From Chitinophaga pinensis (GTDB lineage: Bacteria > Bacteroidota > Bacteroidia > NS11-12g > UBA9320), in the NCBI GenBank assembly GCA_945889315.1, contig CAMDBP010000001.1, forward strand, positions 45,005 to 109,004: 64,000 bases of DNA. The letters are read 5' to 3'. The notes beneath the pieces are model-generated. The model had not been told where the DNA came from. It ran no database searches and was given only the letters and a program-made list of their open reading frames with translations. Positions 25,242-35,145 of this stretch are shown here, one piece after another (position 1 is the stretch's first letter; each line of letters begins with the position of its first letter). The position numbers and the translations under genes were made by a program.

Positions 25242-27746
25242 ATTAAAAAGCTACTAATCATAACACTTACCTTGCTGTCAACTGTAGTCGTTGAAGCTAC
25301 CCACATTGTAGGAGGTGAGATATATTATCAGTTATTAAATGCAAACACTAATTCTTACAGAGTAACCGTCAATGTGTATTTTGATTGCTATAATGGCGAT
25401 CCAGACGCTATAGATTCTGATAAAACTATTTTCATTAGTACTTGGGACGCCAAAACCAATAACTTTATTTCCGATTTTACCTTAACAGGATCTGCCCCTA
25501 ATCGACTTAAAAGTACAAACTACGAATGCGTGAAACAGCCAAGTGGCATCTGTACAGACGCTTATGTATACACAGCTATTCGAACTATAAATCCAGGGAG
25601 CAATGGTGTAATTCTGGCATGGCAACGTTGCTGCAGAAATAACACCATAGACAATATTGTTAGTCCAGAAGCATCTGGTTTTACCGCATGGACTATCATA
25701 CCGCCAAAAGCTACAGCCAATTCAAGTGCATATTTTACAACAGTACCTCCGGTCTATATTTGCGTAGACGCTCCACTTACGCTTCAGCAACCGGCTACAG
25801 ATCCAAATGGGGACTCCTTAGTATATCTTCTAACAACTCCATATTTAGGTGCCAATCAAAATAGCCCAAGACCTAGTGCCGCAGGAGCATATGACAAACC
25901 CCCTTTCGCTGAATTAAATTGGAGCTCTAGTTATTCTAAATTTCTACAAATGAAGGGGAGCCCTTCTCTCAACATGAATTCATCAACGGGAGAAATAACC
26001 ATTACGCCTTCTGAAATAGGGCAATTCGTTGTTGGATTCACGGTTCAAGAATATAGAAATGGGAAACTTATTGGGGAAACCCGCCGCGACTACCAGTTTA
26101 ATGTAATACAATGTGAATTTGACATTCTTGCTAATTTTGATATACCTAACGGCACAACAGTAGGTGGAGCATACACCTTTGAATGCGGGGATACTGTTTG
26201 CATTCGAAATAAAAGTTATACTAAATTCCCCGCTAAAACTAAGTACTTTTGGGACTTTGGTGATCCTACAACTACACGTGATACGCTTACTACGTTTAGC
26301 TTAGCCGGCAATTTATGCTATACCTACCCCGGAAATGGAAATTACACCATAAGTTTAAAAGCCACTACGTCTATTTGTGAATCCAATTACAAATATGACG
26401 TGCGAATACGTTCTACCAAATCATTTGACTTAGGTCCTGACCTTATTTTTTGTGACGACTTTTCAATTCGATTAGACACTAAAACTGCAGACGCAGTCTC
26501 TGTAAAGTGGAATACCGGCCAAAGTGGATACCGTATAAATGTAAGTGATACCGGAAAATATGTTGCTACTGTTTCGTATGGAAATTGCAGTTACCTGGAT
26601 TCTGTTCACTTACGCTATAATAAAGTTCCTCCCCTTTCTATAACCAGAGATACACTTTTATGTGATACCGTAAATGTGCTTCTAGATGTAGGTGTGCCAG
26701 GACTTTTTTACCAATGGAGCACTAGCCCTCTAGACAACAAGCAAACTTTAAATGTGCGAGATACCGGAGAATATTCGGTTATCGTAAGAAACATAAACTG
26801 TTTTTCGTACGATACCGTTAGAATTTGGACCGCGACTGAACCAAAAATCGATGACCAGTTTTATTGCAATGAATTTACGTACGAAGCGGACGCTACCGCC
26901 ATAGAAGAAGCAGAATATAAATGGTCTACAGGAGAAACTACCCAAAAGGTTACGCTTACTCGAGCTGACAATTATTGGGTTGAAGTAAAACAAAGGCATT
27001 GTGTTAAAACAGATTCCTTTAGCATAACCAATCCCATAATTAATCTTGAGTTAGGCGTGGACAAACATTTCTGTGATAACATAAATGCAGAGCTGGATGC
27101 AGGACCTGACGGAATAACATACGACTGGAACACAGGAGCTACTACTCAAAAAATAAAAGTGAACCAGCCTGATACATTCAAAGTAACGGTGTATGATGAA
27201 TATGGATGTGAAGCCACAGATTCTGTGATTATATCTGTATCTCAATCACCAGAAGTTGACTTAGGTGACGACCTTACCATTTGCGTAAATAGCCCAACCA
27301 AAATTGAAGGACCCGCAGGATATGCGTATCAATGGAATACCGGATCTAAAGACCAGAGCATTTCCACTATTGACCAAGGCAAGTACTCACTCAAAATAAT
27401 AGATCAATTTGGCTGTATGGCTACAGATAGCTTGTATATCACGGTAGATCCTGAAGCGCTACCCAACGAACTTAATGTGCCTAGCGCCTTTAGTCCCAAT
27501 GACGACGGGCTTAATGAATTATTCCCGTTTACCCTACCAGTCTCTCAACCTTCTTATTACATTACTGTATTTTCTAGATGGGGAGAAAAAGTGTTTGATT
27601 CACGAGACGATAGTACTAAACCCAATTGGGACGGTTATTACCAAGGAGAAAGAGTGCCAAATCAATTGTACATCTATTTCATGTACTACCGAGGCTGTGA
27701 CGGCAATGCTCGCACCGCAAAAGGCAACGTATATCCGCTACGTTAA
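25242..27746 (+). CDS. T9SS type-B sorting-domain ('gliding motility-associated C-terminal domain', CHU_C-like) surface protein with five internal ~68-aa tandem repeats; start codon uncertain (ATT/ATA/TTG)
   Basis: C-terminus 'VPSAFSPNDDGLNELFPF...ITVFSRWGEKVFDS...WDGYYQGERVPNQLYIYFMYY...GNVYPLR' matches the type-B CTD. Five degenerate repeats (about 26424-27445) with pattern LG.D...C...L.....Y.W.TG..Q.I.V...G.Y.V.V....C...DS..I. The track ORF starts at TTG 25272, but the in-frame codons upstream (after stop 25227-25229) read 'ATT AAA AAG CTA CTA ATC ATA ACA CTT ACC TTG...' = (M)KKLLIITLTLLSTVVVEA, a textbook signal peptide. Confidence 0.7.
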   Translation: MKKLLIITLTLLSTVVVEATHIVGGEIYYQLLNANTNSYRVTVNVYFDCYNGDPDAIDSDKTIFISTWDAKTNNFISDFTLTGSAPNRLKSTNYECVKQPSGICTDAYVYTAIRTINPGSNGVILAWQRCCRNNTIDNIVSPEASGFTAWTIIPPKATANSSAYFTTVPPVYICVDAPLTLQQPATDPNGDSLVYLLTTPYLGANQNSPRPSAAGAYDKPPFAELNWSSSYSKFLQMKGSPSLNMNSSTGEITITPSEIGQFVVGFTVQEYRNGKLIGETRRDYQFNVIQCEFDILANFDIPNGTTVGGAYTFECGDTVCIRNKSYTKFPAKTKYFWDFGDPTTTRDTLTTFSLAGNLCYTYPGNGNYTISLKATTSICESNYKYDVRIRSTKSFDLGPDLIFCDDFSIRLDTKTADAVSVKWNTGQSGYRINVSDTGKYVATVSYGNCSYLDSVHLRYNKVPPLSITRDTLLCDTVNVLLDVGVPGLFYQWSTSPLDNKQTLNVRDTGEYSVIVRNINCFSYDTVRIWTATEPKIDDQFYCNEFTYEADATAIEEAEYKWSTGETTQKVTLTRADNYWVEVKQRHCVKTDSFSITNPIINLELGVDKHFCDNINAELDAGPDGITYDWNTGATTQKIKVNQPDTFKVTVYDEYGCEATDSVIISVSQSPEVDLGDDLTICVNSPTKIEGPAGYAYQWNTGSKDQSISTIDQGKYSLKIIDQFGCMATDSLYITVDPEALPNELNVPSAFSPNDDGLNELFPFTLPVSQPSYYITVFSRWGEKVFDSRDDSTKPNWDGYYQGERVPNQLYIYFMYYRGCDGNARTAKGNVYPLR

Positions 27747-28178
27747 CTCCGACAAAGCCTGCTTGTCCATGTCAAAAGTAAGTTCAGTTAGTAATAGCTG
27801 ATCAAGTGTTCGCCATTCAAATAGATGTGTATTATCTCCCCCAAGCTTAGTAGGCTGAACGGTATGCATCCTTTCTAGTGCTTCGGCGCAACTTACTCTG
27901 TAATGTACAGCTATAATTTGCTCATCTTTTCTAAATGCACTTTGAATAAAATTTTCGGTCACGTGCAGGAGTTGCTCTATTTTTACGGTGACATTCAATT
28001 CTTCCATAAACTCTCTTATTAGACATTCTCTCGTCCCTTCACCATACTCCAAACCTCCACCTGGTAATTTCAGCATCTTAAAACCATTGATATTTTCATT
28101 GCTGACTAAAATTTTACCTTCTTTTATCCAAATACCATAGACGCGTACATTAAATTTGCTGACCATATATGCCTTCAA
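27738..28178 (-). CDS. NUDIX hydrolase
   Basis: Nudix box 'GGGLEYGEGTRECLIREFMEELNV' (GX5EX7REUXEEXGU). Start may be the Met at 28166, which avoids overlap with pyrC. Confidence 0.8.
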   Translation of the reverse strand: MKAYMVSKFNVRVYGIWIKEGKILVSNENINGFKMLKLPGGGLEYGEGTRECLIREFMEELNVTVKIEQLLHVTENFIQSAFRKDEQIIAVHYRVSCAEALERMHTVQPTKLGGDNTHLFEWRTLDQLLLTELTFDMDKQALSELT

Positions 28179-29506
28179 TTTTAATCAAAAACGGACTGCT
28201 TATTAACGAAAACCAACAATTTATAGCTGACATCTATATCGAAAACGGTTTAATAGCAGAAATATCAAAAAATGGAATTAGCCGCATTGCGGACAAAACC
28301 ATCGACGCATCAGGAAAATGGGTAGTCCCAGGCGTAATAGATGACCAAGTGCATTTTCGTGAACCGGGGCTCACCCATAAAGCAGAAATATACACCGAAG
28401 CAAAGGCTGCTGTGGCAGGAGGTACTACTTCCTATATGGAAATGCCAAACACCGTGCCCCAAGCCACCACACAGGAAGAACTGGCTAAAAAATACGCAAG
28501 AGCAAACGATTGTTCTCTTGCCAATTATTCATTCTTTATGGGCGGCACCAATGACAATATAGAAGAGGTCCTAAAAACGGATCCCAAAACAGTATGCGGT
28601 GTAAAATTATTCATGGGAAGTAGCACTGGAGACATGCTCGTAGATAATGAAGATACGTTACGGAGCATTTTTTCGCAAACCCCAATGCTTATTGCAACAC
28701 ATTGCGAAGACGAAGAAACGATACGTAGAAATACCGCAACGTTTGTGGCTAAGTACGGTGAAAACATTCCTATGGAAGCACACCCAATAATTCGTGATGA
28801 GGAAGCTTGTTATCTAAGCAGTAAATTGGCAAGGGACTTGGCAAGAGAATACAATGCTCGTCTTCACATACTACACATATCCACTGCCAAAGAAATCGCG
28901 CTTTTTACCAACGCTATTCCTCTGTCTCAAAAAAGAATAACCGCAGAAGTATGTGTGCACCATCTCTCTTTTAATGATACTCATTATGCTCAAAAAGGGA
29001 GTCTAATAAAATGTAACCCCGCTATAAAATCAGAAGCAGACCAAAACGCACTATGGCATGCATTAAATAATGATTATTTTGACATTATTGCAACCGACCA
29101 CGCACCGCATACATGGGAAGAAAAACAGAATACGTACACAAAAGCACCAAGTGGTTTACCCTTAGTGCAGCACAGCTTACAACTGATGTTGGAGCACGCT
29201 AAGACAGGCAAAATAGCCGTAAACAAAGTCATAGAGAAAATGTGTCACGCTCCCGCCAAGTTATTTGGAATCCAAAAAAGAGGCTACTTAAGGGAGGGAT
29301 ATTATGCAGACATTGTAATCCTAAATCCTGAAACACAAGTAACAGTGAGCAAAAATAACATCTTGTACAAGTGTGGATGGAGCCCGCTAGAGGGCGATAC
29401 ATTTACAACCGCTATCGAACAAACAATTGTCTCTGGACACCTAGCTTATTCCTTTGGCAAATTTGACGAAAGTAAAAAGGGCGAAAGGCTTATCTTCAAC
29501 CCATAA
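28169..29506 (+). CDS. pyrC: Dihydroorotase (cyclic amidohydrolase superfamily, multifunctional-complex type)
   Basis: 445 aa. 'VPGVIDDQVHFREPGLTHKAEIYTEAKAAVAGGTTSYMEMPNT' (metal-binding HxH), 'DHAPHT' motif, overall amidohydrolase layout. Confidence 0.75.
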   Translation: MPSILIKNGLLINENQQFIADIYIENGLIAEISKNGISRIADKTIDASGKWVVPGVIDDQVHFREPGLTHKAEIYTEAKAAVAGGTTSYMEMPNTVPQATTQEELAKKYARANDCSLANYSFFMGGTNDNIEEVLKTDPKTVCGVKLFMGSSTGDMLVDNEDTLRSIFSQTPMLIATHCEDEETIRRNTATFVAKYGENIPMEAHPIIRDEEACYLSSKLARDLAREYNARLHILHISTAKEIALFTNAIPLSQKRITAEVCVHHLSFNDTHYAQKGSLIKCNPAIKSEADQNALWHALNNDYFDIIATDHAPHTWEEKQNTYTKAPSGLPLVQHSLQLMLEHAKTGKIAVNKVIEKMCHAPAKLFGIQKRGYLREGYYADIVILNPETQVTVSKNNILYKCGWSPLEGDTFTTAIEQTIVSGHLAYSFGKFDESKKGERLIFNP

Positions 29507-29890
29507 AATATGAATTTTATCAAGATAAGCTAACTGCTCCTATTCGTTATTTTTTCTCAGATTTGTTTAGCATAAACAGACTCTACAACATCAGAAAAAC
29601 CTATTTTAAAAGATTATTACAAGACGCGTGCAGAGTTCCCCGGTGGCAAGGTAGTTTAAACTGGTTTATTATGTAGAATATAGAACATCCCAAAGTTTAT
29701 TTCTATCCAAGAAGAATACTGCCGATTCAAATGCAAATTCACCAAGGTGGATACCTGCTACGCAAAAAGGTAAAAACGTAAATATTCGATACCGCATACC
29801 TATATAACACGATGTATATATGTTAGACTCCGAAGCGAACATCATTTTTCTTAGAATTAAACTAATACTTTCTCAGTGTATATTCGCCAA

Positions 29891-32719
29891 ATGCACAGAA
29901 AGACATTCGCATTAAGCGTTATACTATTATGTTATTTTACGTCCTTGGCTCAATATCCCTCTAATCCAGTAAATCCAACTAGTGAAAAGGAGCGCTTAGA
30001 TGCCGTTCAAAAACGTGAAGAGCTGCAAAAAAAATCGAGCTATTTAGGTATTGAAGCGACCAATATAGGTCCAACTATAATGAGTGGACGGGTAGTCGAC
30101 ATGGCCATAGACCCTTACGATAACAAGCACTTTTTTGTAGCGTATGCCACAGGCGGTGTATGGGAAACCAAAAACAACGGACAAAGCTTTACTTCGGTTT
30201 TTGATGACAATGGATATACGATACATTGTGGGGCACTTGCTGTAAATTGGGTAGAGAAAGTAATATATGTGGGAACGGGCGAGGCCAACTCCAGCCGATC
30301 TAGTTATGCTGGTTTTGGGGTTTTTAAATGTGATTTTAGCATAAACGACCCCCAAGTATGGAAGTTTTGGGAGTACCTCGGACTTGCTGCCACCCAGCAC
30401 ATTAGCCGAATTATTCTTCATCCTACCAAGACCCATATTATTTACGTTGCAAGTATGGGCAGCCTTTTTTCTCCCAATAAAGAACGCGGAATATATAAAA
30501 CGATAGATGGTGGTAAAACCTGGAAACAAACACTTTTTGTTGATGAAAATACCAGTGCTATTGATTTGGAAATCGACCCCAAAAATTCGAATAGACTCTA
30601 TGCCGCCATGTGGCAAAAAGAACGAAGAGCTTGGAATTTTTGGGAGGGAGGCAAAAATAGCGGAGTACACATTTCTGAAGACGGTGGCGACACTTGGAGC
30701 AAATCTGCATCTTTCCCGTCAGGTGAAAACGTGGGAAGAATTGGGCTTAGCGCAAGTGGGAATTCTATTTACGCTTTACTTGATAATCAAGAGCAATACA
30801 AAAAAGAAGAAGCTCCCAGTGAAGGATTAACCAAGAAATCATTTCAAACGATGACACTGGATTCATTTCAAAATTTGAGTGACTCCTCATTAAATACCTT
30901 CCTAAAACAGAATCGATTTCCAGACAAATACAAAGCAAAAGACATCCAAAAGATGGCAAAAAAAGGCAAACTAAAGCCTTATGATTTTTATGAATATCTG
31001 CACGATGAAAATGCCGTAATGTTTGAAGATCCCGTGAAAGGCCCCGAACTCTATCGTAGCACAGATGCCGGCAAAACATGGACTAAAACACACGATAATG
31101 TTCTCGAAAATGTTTGCTATTCCTACGGTTACTACTTTGGGGTGATTACGGCAAGCCAGAAAGATGAAAATCATGTTTTTATAGCGGGCGTCCCTCTCTT
31201 GCAATCATATAATGGTGGAGGTAGTTTTACATTTTCGGGTGGCGATAATGTACACGTAGATCATCATTACATCTGGGTAAATCCTGACAATCCTCTTCAT
31301 CTTATTAATGGTAACGATGGAGGGGTAAACATTAGTTATGATGGCGGAAACCATTGGATTAAGTGCAACTCTCCAGCAGTTGGGCAGTTTTACACCATTG
31401 CAGTTGACAATCAAAAATATTATAATGTTTACGGTGGATTGCAAGATAATGGCGTTTGGAAAGGTCCAAATAATTATAATTATAGTACCTCGTGGCATCA
31501 AGAAGGCAAATATCCCTATCAGCGCATTGCCGGCGGAGATGGTATGCAAATCCAGATAGACAATAGAGACCAAACAGTGTATACAGGTTCTCAATTTGGG
31601 CACTATTACCGCAGAGATGCTAACGGAGGCTATACCTACATACATCCTATGCACGACCTGAAAACGGAGAAACTGCGTTGGAATTGGCAGACGCCTATCC
31701 TGTTATCCATGCACAATCAAGATATTCTGTATATGGCGAGCAACAAGTTGCATCGCAGTATGAATAAAGGCAAAACTTTTGAGGAGATTAGCCCAGACTT
31801 GAGTAATGGCAGAAAAGATGGGGATGTAAGCTATGGCACTATTTCGTGTATATCCGAGAGTAAATTCAAATGTGGATTAATCTATGCAGGCACAGATGAT
31901 GGCAACATTCAACTTACCAAAAATGAAGGCAAAACTTGGAACAACATATCCCAAAAACTCCCCCAACACCTTTGGGTACGAAAAATTGTAGCTAGCGAAC
32001 ATAAAAAAGAACGTGTGTATGCCCTATTGAATGGTCATACATGGGATCACTTTAACTCCTACATTTACATCTCTGAAGATTATGGCACCACCTGGACTCA
32101 AGTAGGCGCTAATTTACCCGCAGAATGCTTGAATGCACTGAAAGAAGATTCAACTTCGGAAGATATTTTATACGTAGGATCTGACGCAGGCTTATATATT
32201 TCAACAGATAGAGGAACTACCTTTCAAGCGTTTAGTAATTTGCCTCCTGTGGCGATACATGACTTGGCGATACAACAAGAGCAAAGAGACTTATTAGTGG
32301 GCACCCATGGCAGAAGTATTTATAAGATTCAACTTGAACCTGTTTACCAATCTGCCACCTACCTAGATTCAGGCTTTGTGTTTTTAAGAATGGATCCGTT
32401 AAAATACCGTGAAAACTGGGGTACACTCAGCTATGAATGGGAAGAAACCACTCCCAGAAAAGAGGTGGTTTTTTATCTTAGTGAGCCATCTAATATAATC
32501 TTAGCAATTACAGATGAAAAAGGAAATCTATTACTTGAAAAAGAGATTAACGGTAAAAATGGATTCAATACACATTCTATCGAGCTTAAATTTCAAGAAA
32601 ATACAAGTAACGACCTTAAAAAAGGAGAGCTTGGCAAATACTATCCAGTAAAAGGCAAGTATACCATCTCCATAAATAACGGATCTCAAACCTTAGAAAA
32701 TAGCTTTATGATTCAATAA
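29891..32719 (+). CDS. Secreted BNR/Asp-box repeat protein (sortilin/VPS10- or GH74-like beta-propeller)
   Basis: Signal peptide. Multiple S-x-D-x-G-x-T-W motifs: 'IDGGKTW', 'SEDGGDTW', 'STDAGKTW', 'TKNEGKTW', 'SEDYGTTW', 'STDRGTTF'. The track ORF starts at 29876; ATG 29891 begins the signal peptide. Confidence 0.7.
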   Translation: MHRKTFALSVILLCYFTSLAQYPSNPVNPTSEKERLDAVQKREELQKKSSYLGIEATNIGPTIMSGRVVDMAIDPYDNKHFFVAYATGGVWETKNNGQSFTSVFDDNGYTIHCGALAVNWVEKVIYVGTGEANSSRSSYAGFGVFKCDFSINDPQVWKFWEYLGLAATQHISRIILHPTKTHIIYVASMGSLFSPNKERGIYKTIDGGKTWKQTLFVDENTSAIDLEIDPKNSNRLYAAMWQKERRAWNFWEGGKNSGVHISEDGGDTWSKSASFPSGENVGRIGLSASGNSIYALLDNQEQYKKEEAPSEGLTKKSFQTMTLDSFQNLSDSSLNTFLKQNRFPDKYKAKDIQKMAKKGKLKPYDFYEYLHDENAVMFEDPVKGPELYRSTDAGKTWTKTHDNVLENVCYSYGYYFGVITASQKDENHVFIAGVPLLQSYNGGGSFTFSGGDNVHVDHHYIWVNPDNPLHLINGNDGGVNISYDGGNHWIKCNSPAVGQFYTIAVDNQKYYNVYGGLQDNGVWKGPNNYNYSTSWHQEGKYPYQRIAGGDGMQIQIDNRDQTVYTGSQFGHYYRRDANGGYTYIHPMHDLKTEKLRWNWQTPILLSMHNQDILYMASNKLHRSMNKGKTFEEISPDLSNGRKDGDVSYGTISCISESKFKCGLIYAGTDDGNIQLTKNEGKTWNNISQKLPQHLWVRKIVASEHKKERVYALLNGHTWDHFNSYIYISEDYGTTWTQVGANLPAECLNALKEDSTSEDILYVGSDAGLYISTDRGTTFQAFSNLPPVAIHDLAIQQEQRDLLVGTHGRSIYKIQLEPVYQSATYLDSGFVFLRMDPLKYRENWGTLSYEWEETTPRKEVVFYLSEPSNIILAITDEKGNLLLEKEINGKNGFNTHSIELKFQENTSNDLKKGELGKYYPVKGKYTISINNGSQTLENSFMIQ

Positions 32720-32777
32720 TTAGAAAGCTACCTGCTATTAACCTATTACTAACCTTATTTTTGCGCTTTATACCATC

Positions 32778-33242
32778 ATGCAAGTTACAGAGGCCATATC
32801 GATATTCGAAAAAGTAGTTAAAGAACACTTAAACCTGACGCCAGAACAAATTCGTTGTGAGAACGACGGCGAATACTTAATACAACGAGGGGATGAAACG
32901 GAGCTGTACGTAGATATATGGCAACCTACCGAAACTACGCAATGGCAATACTTTGACCGACAAAAGATTGCAGGTATTTTTCAAATTGTTGCACCTATAT
33001 GCGAATATCCTGCCGATGAGCACTTAGCAATGTTTATGGAAGAATTGGCACACCTTAATTTTCATCTCTTTTCGGCATCCTTTATTGCTAATTCAGAACA
33101 ACGCGTAGTAAGCATTCAATTTAAACGTGTTCTTGAAGGCCTAAACGAAACCGAAGTGATAGAACCATTAGAAGCAGTAGGTTACTATGCAGAGAATCTG
33201 AAAGAATACCTTTCAGAAAAGTATCACGTAAAAAAAATCTAA
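32778..33242 (+). CDS. Hypothetical cytoplasmic protein (weak YbjN-like / chaperone-like pattern)
   Basis: 154 aa, acidic, no TM. Low-confidence resemblance to the YbjN 'sensory transduction regulator' family. Confidence 0.35.
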   Translation: MQVTEAISIFEKVVKEHLNLTPEQIRCENDGEYLIQRGDETELYVDIWQPTETTQWQYFDRQKIAGIFQIVAPICEYPADEHLAMFMEELAHLNFHLFSASFIANSEQRVVSIQFKRVLEGLNETEVIEPLEAVGYYAENLKEYLSEKYHVKKI

Positions 33243-33293
33243 CTCTCGGGCAACCTCCCTGAATCTGATTACATCTAAAACATATCCAGCGCA

Positions 33294-33836
33294 ATGAGCC
33301 CTAGTGAATCACACGATGAAATATCTTTGATTAAAGCTTGCAGCAATGGAGACCATAACGCTTTTAAAAAAATTTACGATATACACTCAGGAAACATGTA
33401 CAGCATTTGCTTACGATATATGACCAACGAAGACGAAGCCAAAGATGCTTTGCAAGAAGGCTTTATCAAGGTTTTTAACGGCATTAGCAAGTTCCAATTT
33501 ACGGGTAGTTTCGAGGGTTGGATGAAGCGTATTTTTGTAAATACCAGCATAGAACAAATTCGCAAACGTAAGTTACATTTTGACGTGTCTGAATTAAATA
33601 CGAATGAGCTTCCGCTTACCTCCCGTATTGAAACAGGTACCATGGACGCAGAAAAAATGATGCGTTTAGTACAACAACTACCATTGGGCTATCGCACGGT
33701 TTTTAACATGTTTGTAATTGACGGATATAGCCACAAAGAAATAAGCGACTATCTCAATATTAATGAGAATACTTCTAAGTCTCAATTGTTTAAAGCCCGC
33801 AAGCAATTACAGATTTGGTTAAAAGACTGGTTTTAA
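33294..33836 (+). CDS. ECF-subfamily RNA polymerase sigma-70 factor
   Basis: Region 2 'EDEAKDALQEGFIKVFNGISKF...FEGWMKRIFVNTSIEQIRKRK'. Region 4 HTH 'YSHKEISDYLNINENTSKSQLFKARKQLQIWL'. Confidence 0.9.
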   Translation: MSPSESHDEISLIKACSNGDHNAFKKIYDIHSGNMYSICLRYMTNEDEAKDALQEGFIKVFNGISKFQFTGSFEGWMKRIFVNTSIEQIRKRKLHFDVSELNTNELPLTSRIETGTMDAEKMMRLVQQLPLGYRTVFNMFVIDGYSHKEISDYLNINENTSKSQLFKARKQLQIWLKDWF

Positions 33837-33839
33837 ACA

Positions 33840-35066
33840 ATGCCGAAATTCAACGACATATCTGATTTTGAACAGTTGCTCAAAGAGCAAATGTCAGGAC
33901 ATAGTACGCCACCGCCAACAGACGCTTGGACGGCTATTTCGTCGTCTACAGCTCAAGTGGGAGGAATCATTAATTCGCTTTCAACCTATTTCAATGCCAG
34001 TGTAACACTTGTAAAAACTGGCTTAATCGCAGGTAGTATTATAGCTCTAGGCACTGTTAGCTATTTTTCAATTATCAATTCAACGGATATTCCGAATAAT
34101 AAGCAAGAAAACAATGATAGCATACAAAAAGCTAACTCCAATGATTCACAACCAACTTTCGAAACAATAGAATCATCGGATAATGAGAGAAAGTCACTCA
34201 CTCAAAATATAGCCAGTGGACGTATCGATTCTAAAACAAATCATACTAGTGCTGTAAGCTCTCTTGTAACTTCTGATACTTCGTCTCCCGCAACTAAAAA
34301 ATACACAACTCAACCGAGCAAAATCGTTGAAAACAAAGGGGGAAACGAATTCCGAATCACTGCAACTAATTATAACCCATGTGTTGGAGAAACGGTAGTT
34401 CTTAAATCATCAGAAAAGGGAAATTGGTTTTTAAACGAAATTAAAGTCGCCAGCAACACGGCCGCTTATAATGTCCAATGTCGAGCGACAGGTAGTTATG
34501 TGTATCACTTCAAAACGGCAGATAGAACCATTCACACCACATTGAATATTTCTGAATTTAATGGAAATATCGTAAAGGAACAATTGGAAGACGGGCATTA
34601 TTCATTTAGCTTGAGTAATCAAAATCTAATTGCGAACTGGTATATCAATGGCAAATTATACAGCACCAATGCTCCGTTCATTCATGTTGCCCTCGAAACG
34701 GTCGGTAAACATGAGATTAAAGCGGCAATAATTAATCATCCTTGTGCTAAAACATTAACTTTTGATGTTCAATTAGCTCCCATCGGTCACTTTGAAGCTA
34801 TAAATATTTTTACCGTAGGAAACGATGGTTTGAATGATACCTACAGAGTGAAAATTTCGGGTTACGATAATTTTTCTATACAGATTTTTAATAGTAATTC
34901 TAATCTAGTATTCAGCACTTTAGATCCAGAAGAAGGTTGGGATGGGCGAATAAATAACACAGGAATAGAATGCCCTCAAGGAGAATATTTTGCTCGCGTT
35001 AGCTACAAGCTTAAAGGCGAATTACCGCAACTAAAAAATATAAAATTAACACTATTACGTCCATAA
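33840..35066 (+). CDS. Anti-sigma-factor-like single-pass membrane protein whose extracytoplasmic part ends in a T9SS type-B (CHU_C-like) sorting domain
   Basis: Starts 4 nt after the ECF sigma stop. N-terminal ~50 aa 'DFEQLLKEQMSGHSTPPPTDAWTAISS' resembles the P..AW..I cytoplasmic N-domains of Bacteroidota ECF partner proteins. One TM helix (LVKTGLIAGSIIALGTVSYFSII). Ser/Thr-rich linker, Ig/PKD-like middle. C-terminus 'INIFTVGNDGLNDTYRV...IQIFNSNSNLVFST...WDGRINNTGIECPQGEYFARVSYKL' matches the type-B CTD of the neighbouring adhesins. Confidence 0.6.
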   Translation: MPKFNDISDFEQLLKEQMSGHSTPPPTDAWTAISSSTAQVGGIINSLSTYFNASVTLVKTGLIAGSIIALGTVSYFSIINSTDIPNNKQENNDSIQKANSNDSQPTFETIESSDNERKSLTQNIASGRIDSKTNHTSAVSSLVTSDTSSPATKKYTTQPSKIVENKGGNEFRITATNYNPCVGETVVLKSSEKGNWFLNEIKVASNTAAYNVQCRATGSYVYHFKTADRTIHTTLNISEFNGNIVKEQLEDGHYSFSLSNQNLIANWYINGKLYSTNAPFIHVALETVGKHEIKAAIINHPCAKTLTFDVQLAPIGHFEAINIFTVGNDGLNDTYRVKISGYDNFSIQIFNSNSNLVFSTLDPEEGWDGRINNTGIECPQGEYFARVSYKLKGELPQLKNIKLTLLRP

Positions 35067-35145
35067 TTTGAAAATTAACATGAACCTCATTAAATTTACC
35101 AACTTTTTGGATTTTAAAAACAAGAATAACAAACCGTATAAACGT

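Noticed and set aside
30044-31654. Several minus-strand ORFs (208, 149, 104, 77 aa) inside the BNR-repeat gene
   Set aside because: All lie antisense within a coding frame that has repeated, well-spaced Asp-box motifs. Their translations are low-complexity (poly-Ile/Phe).
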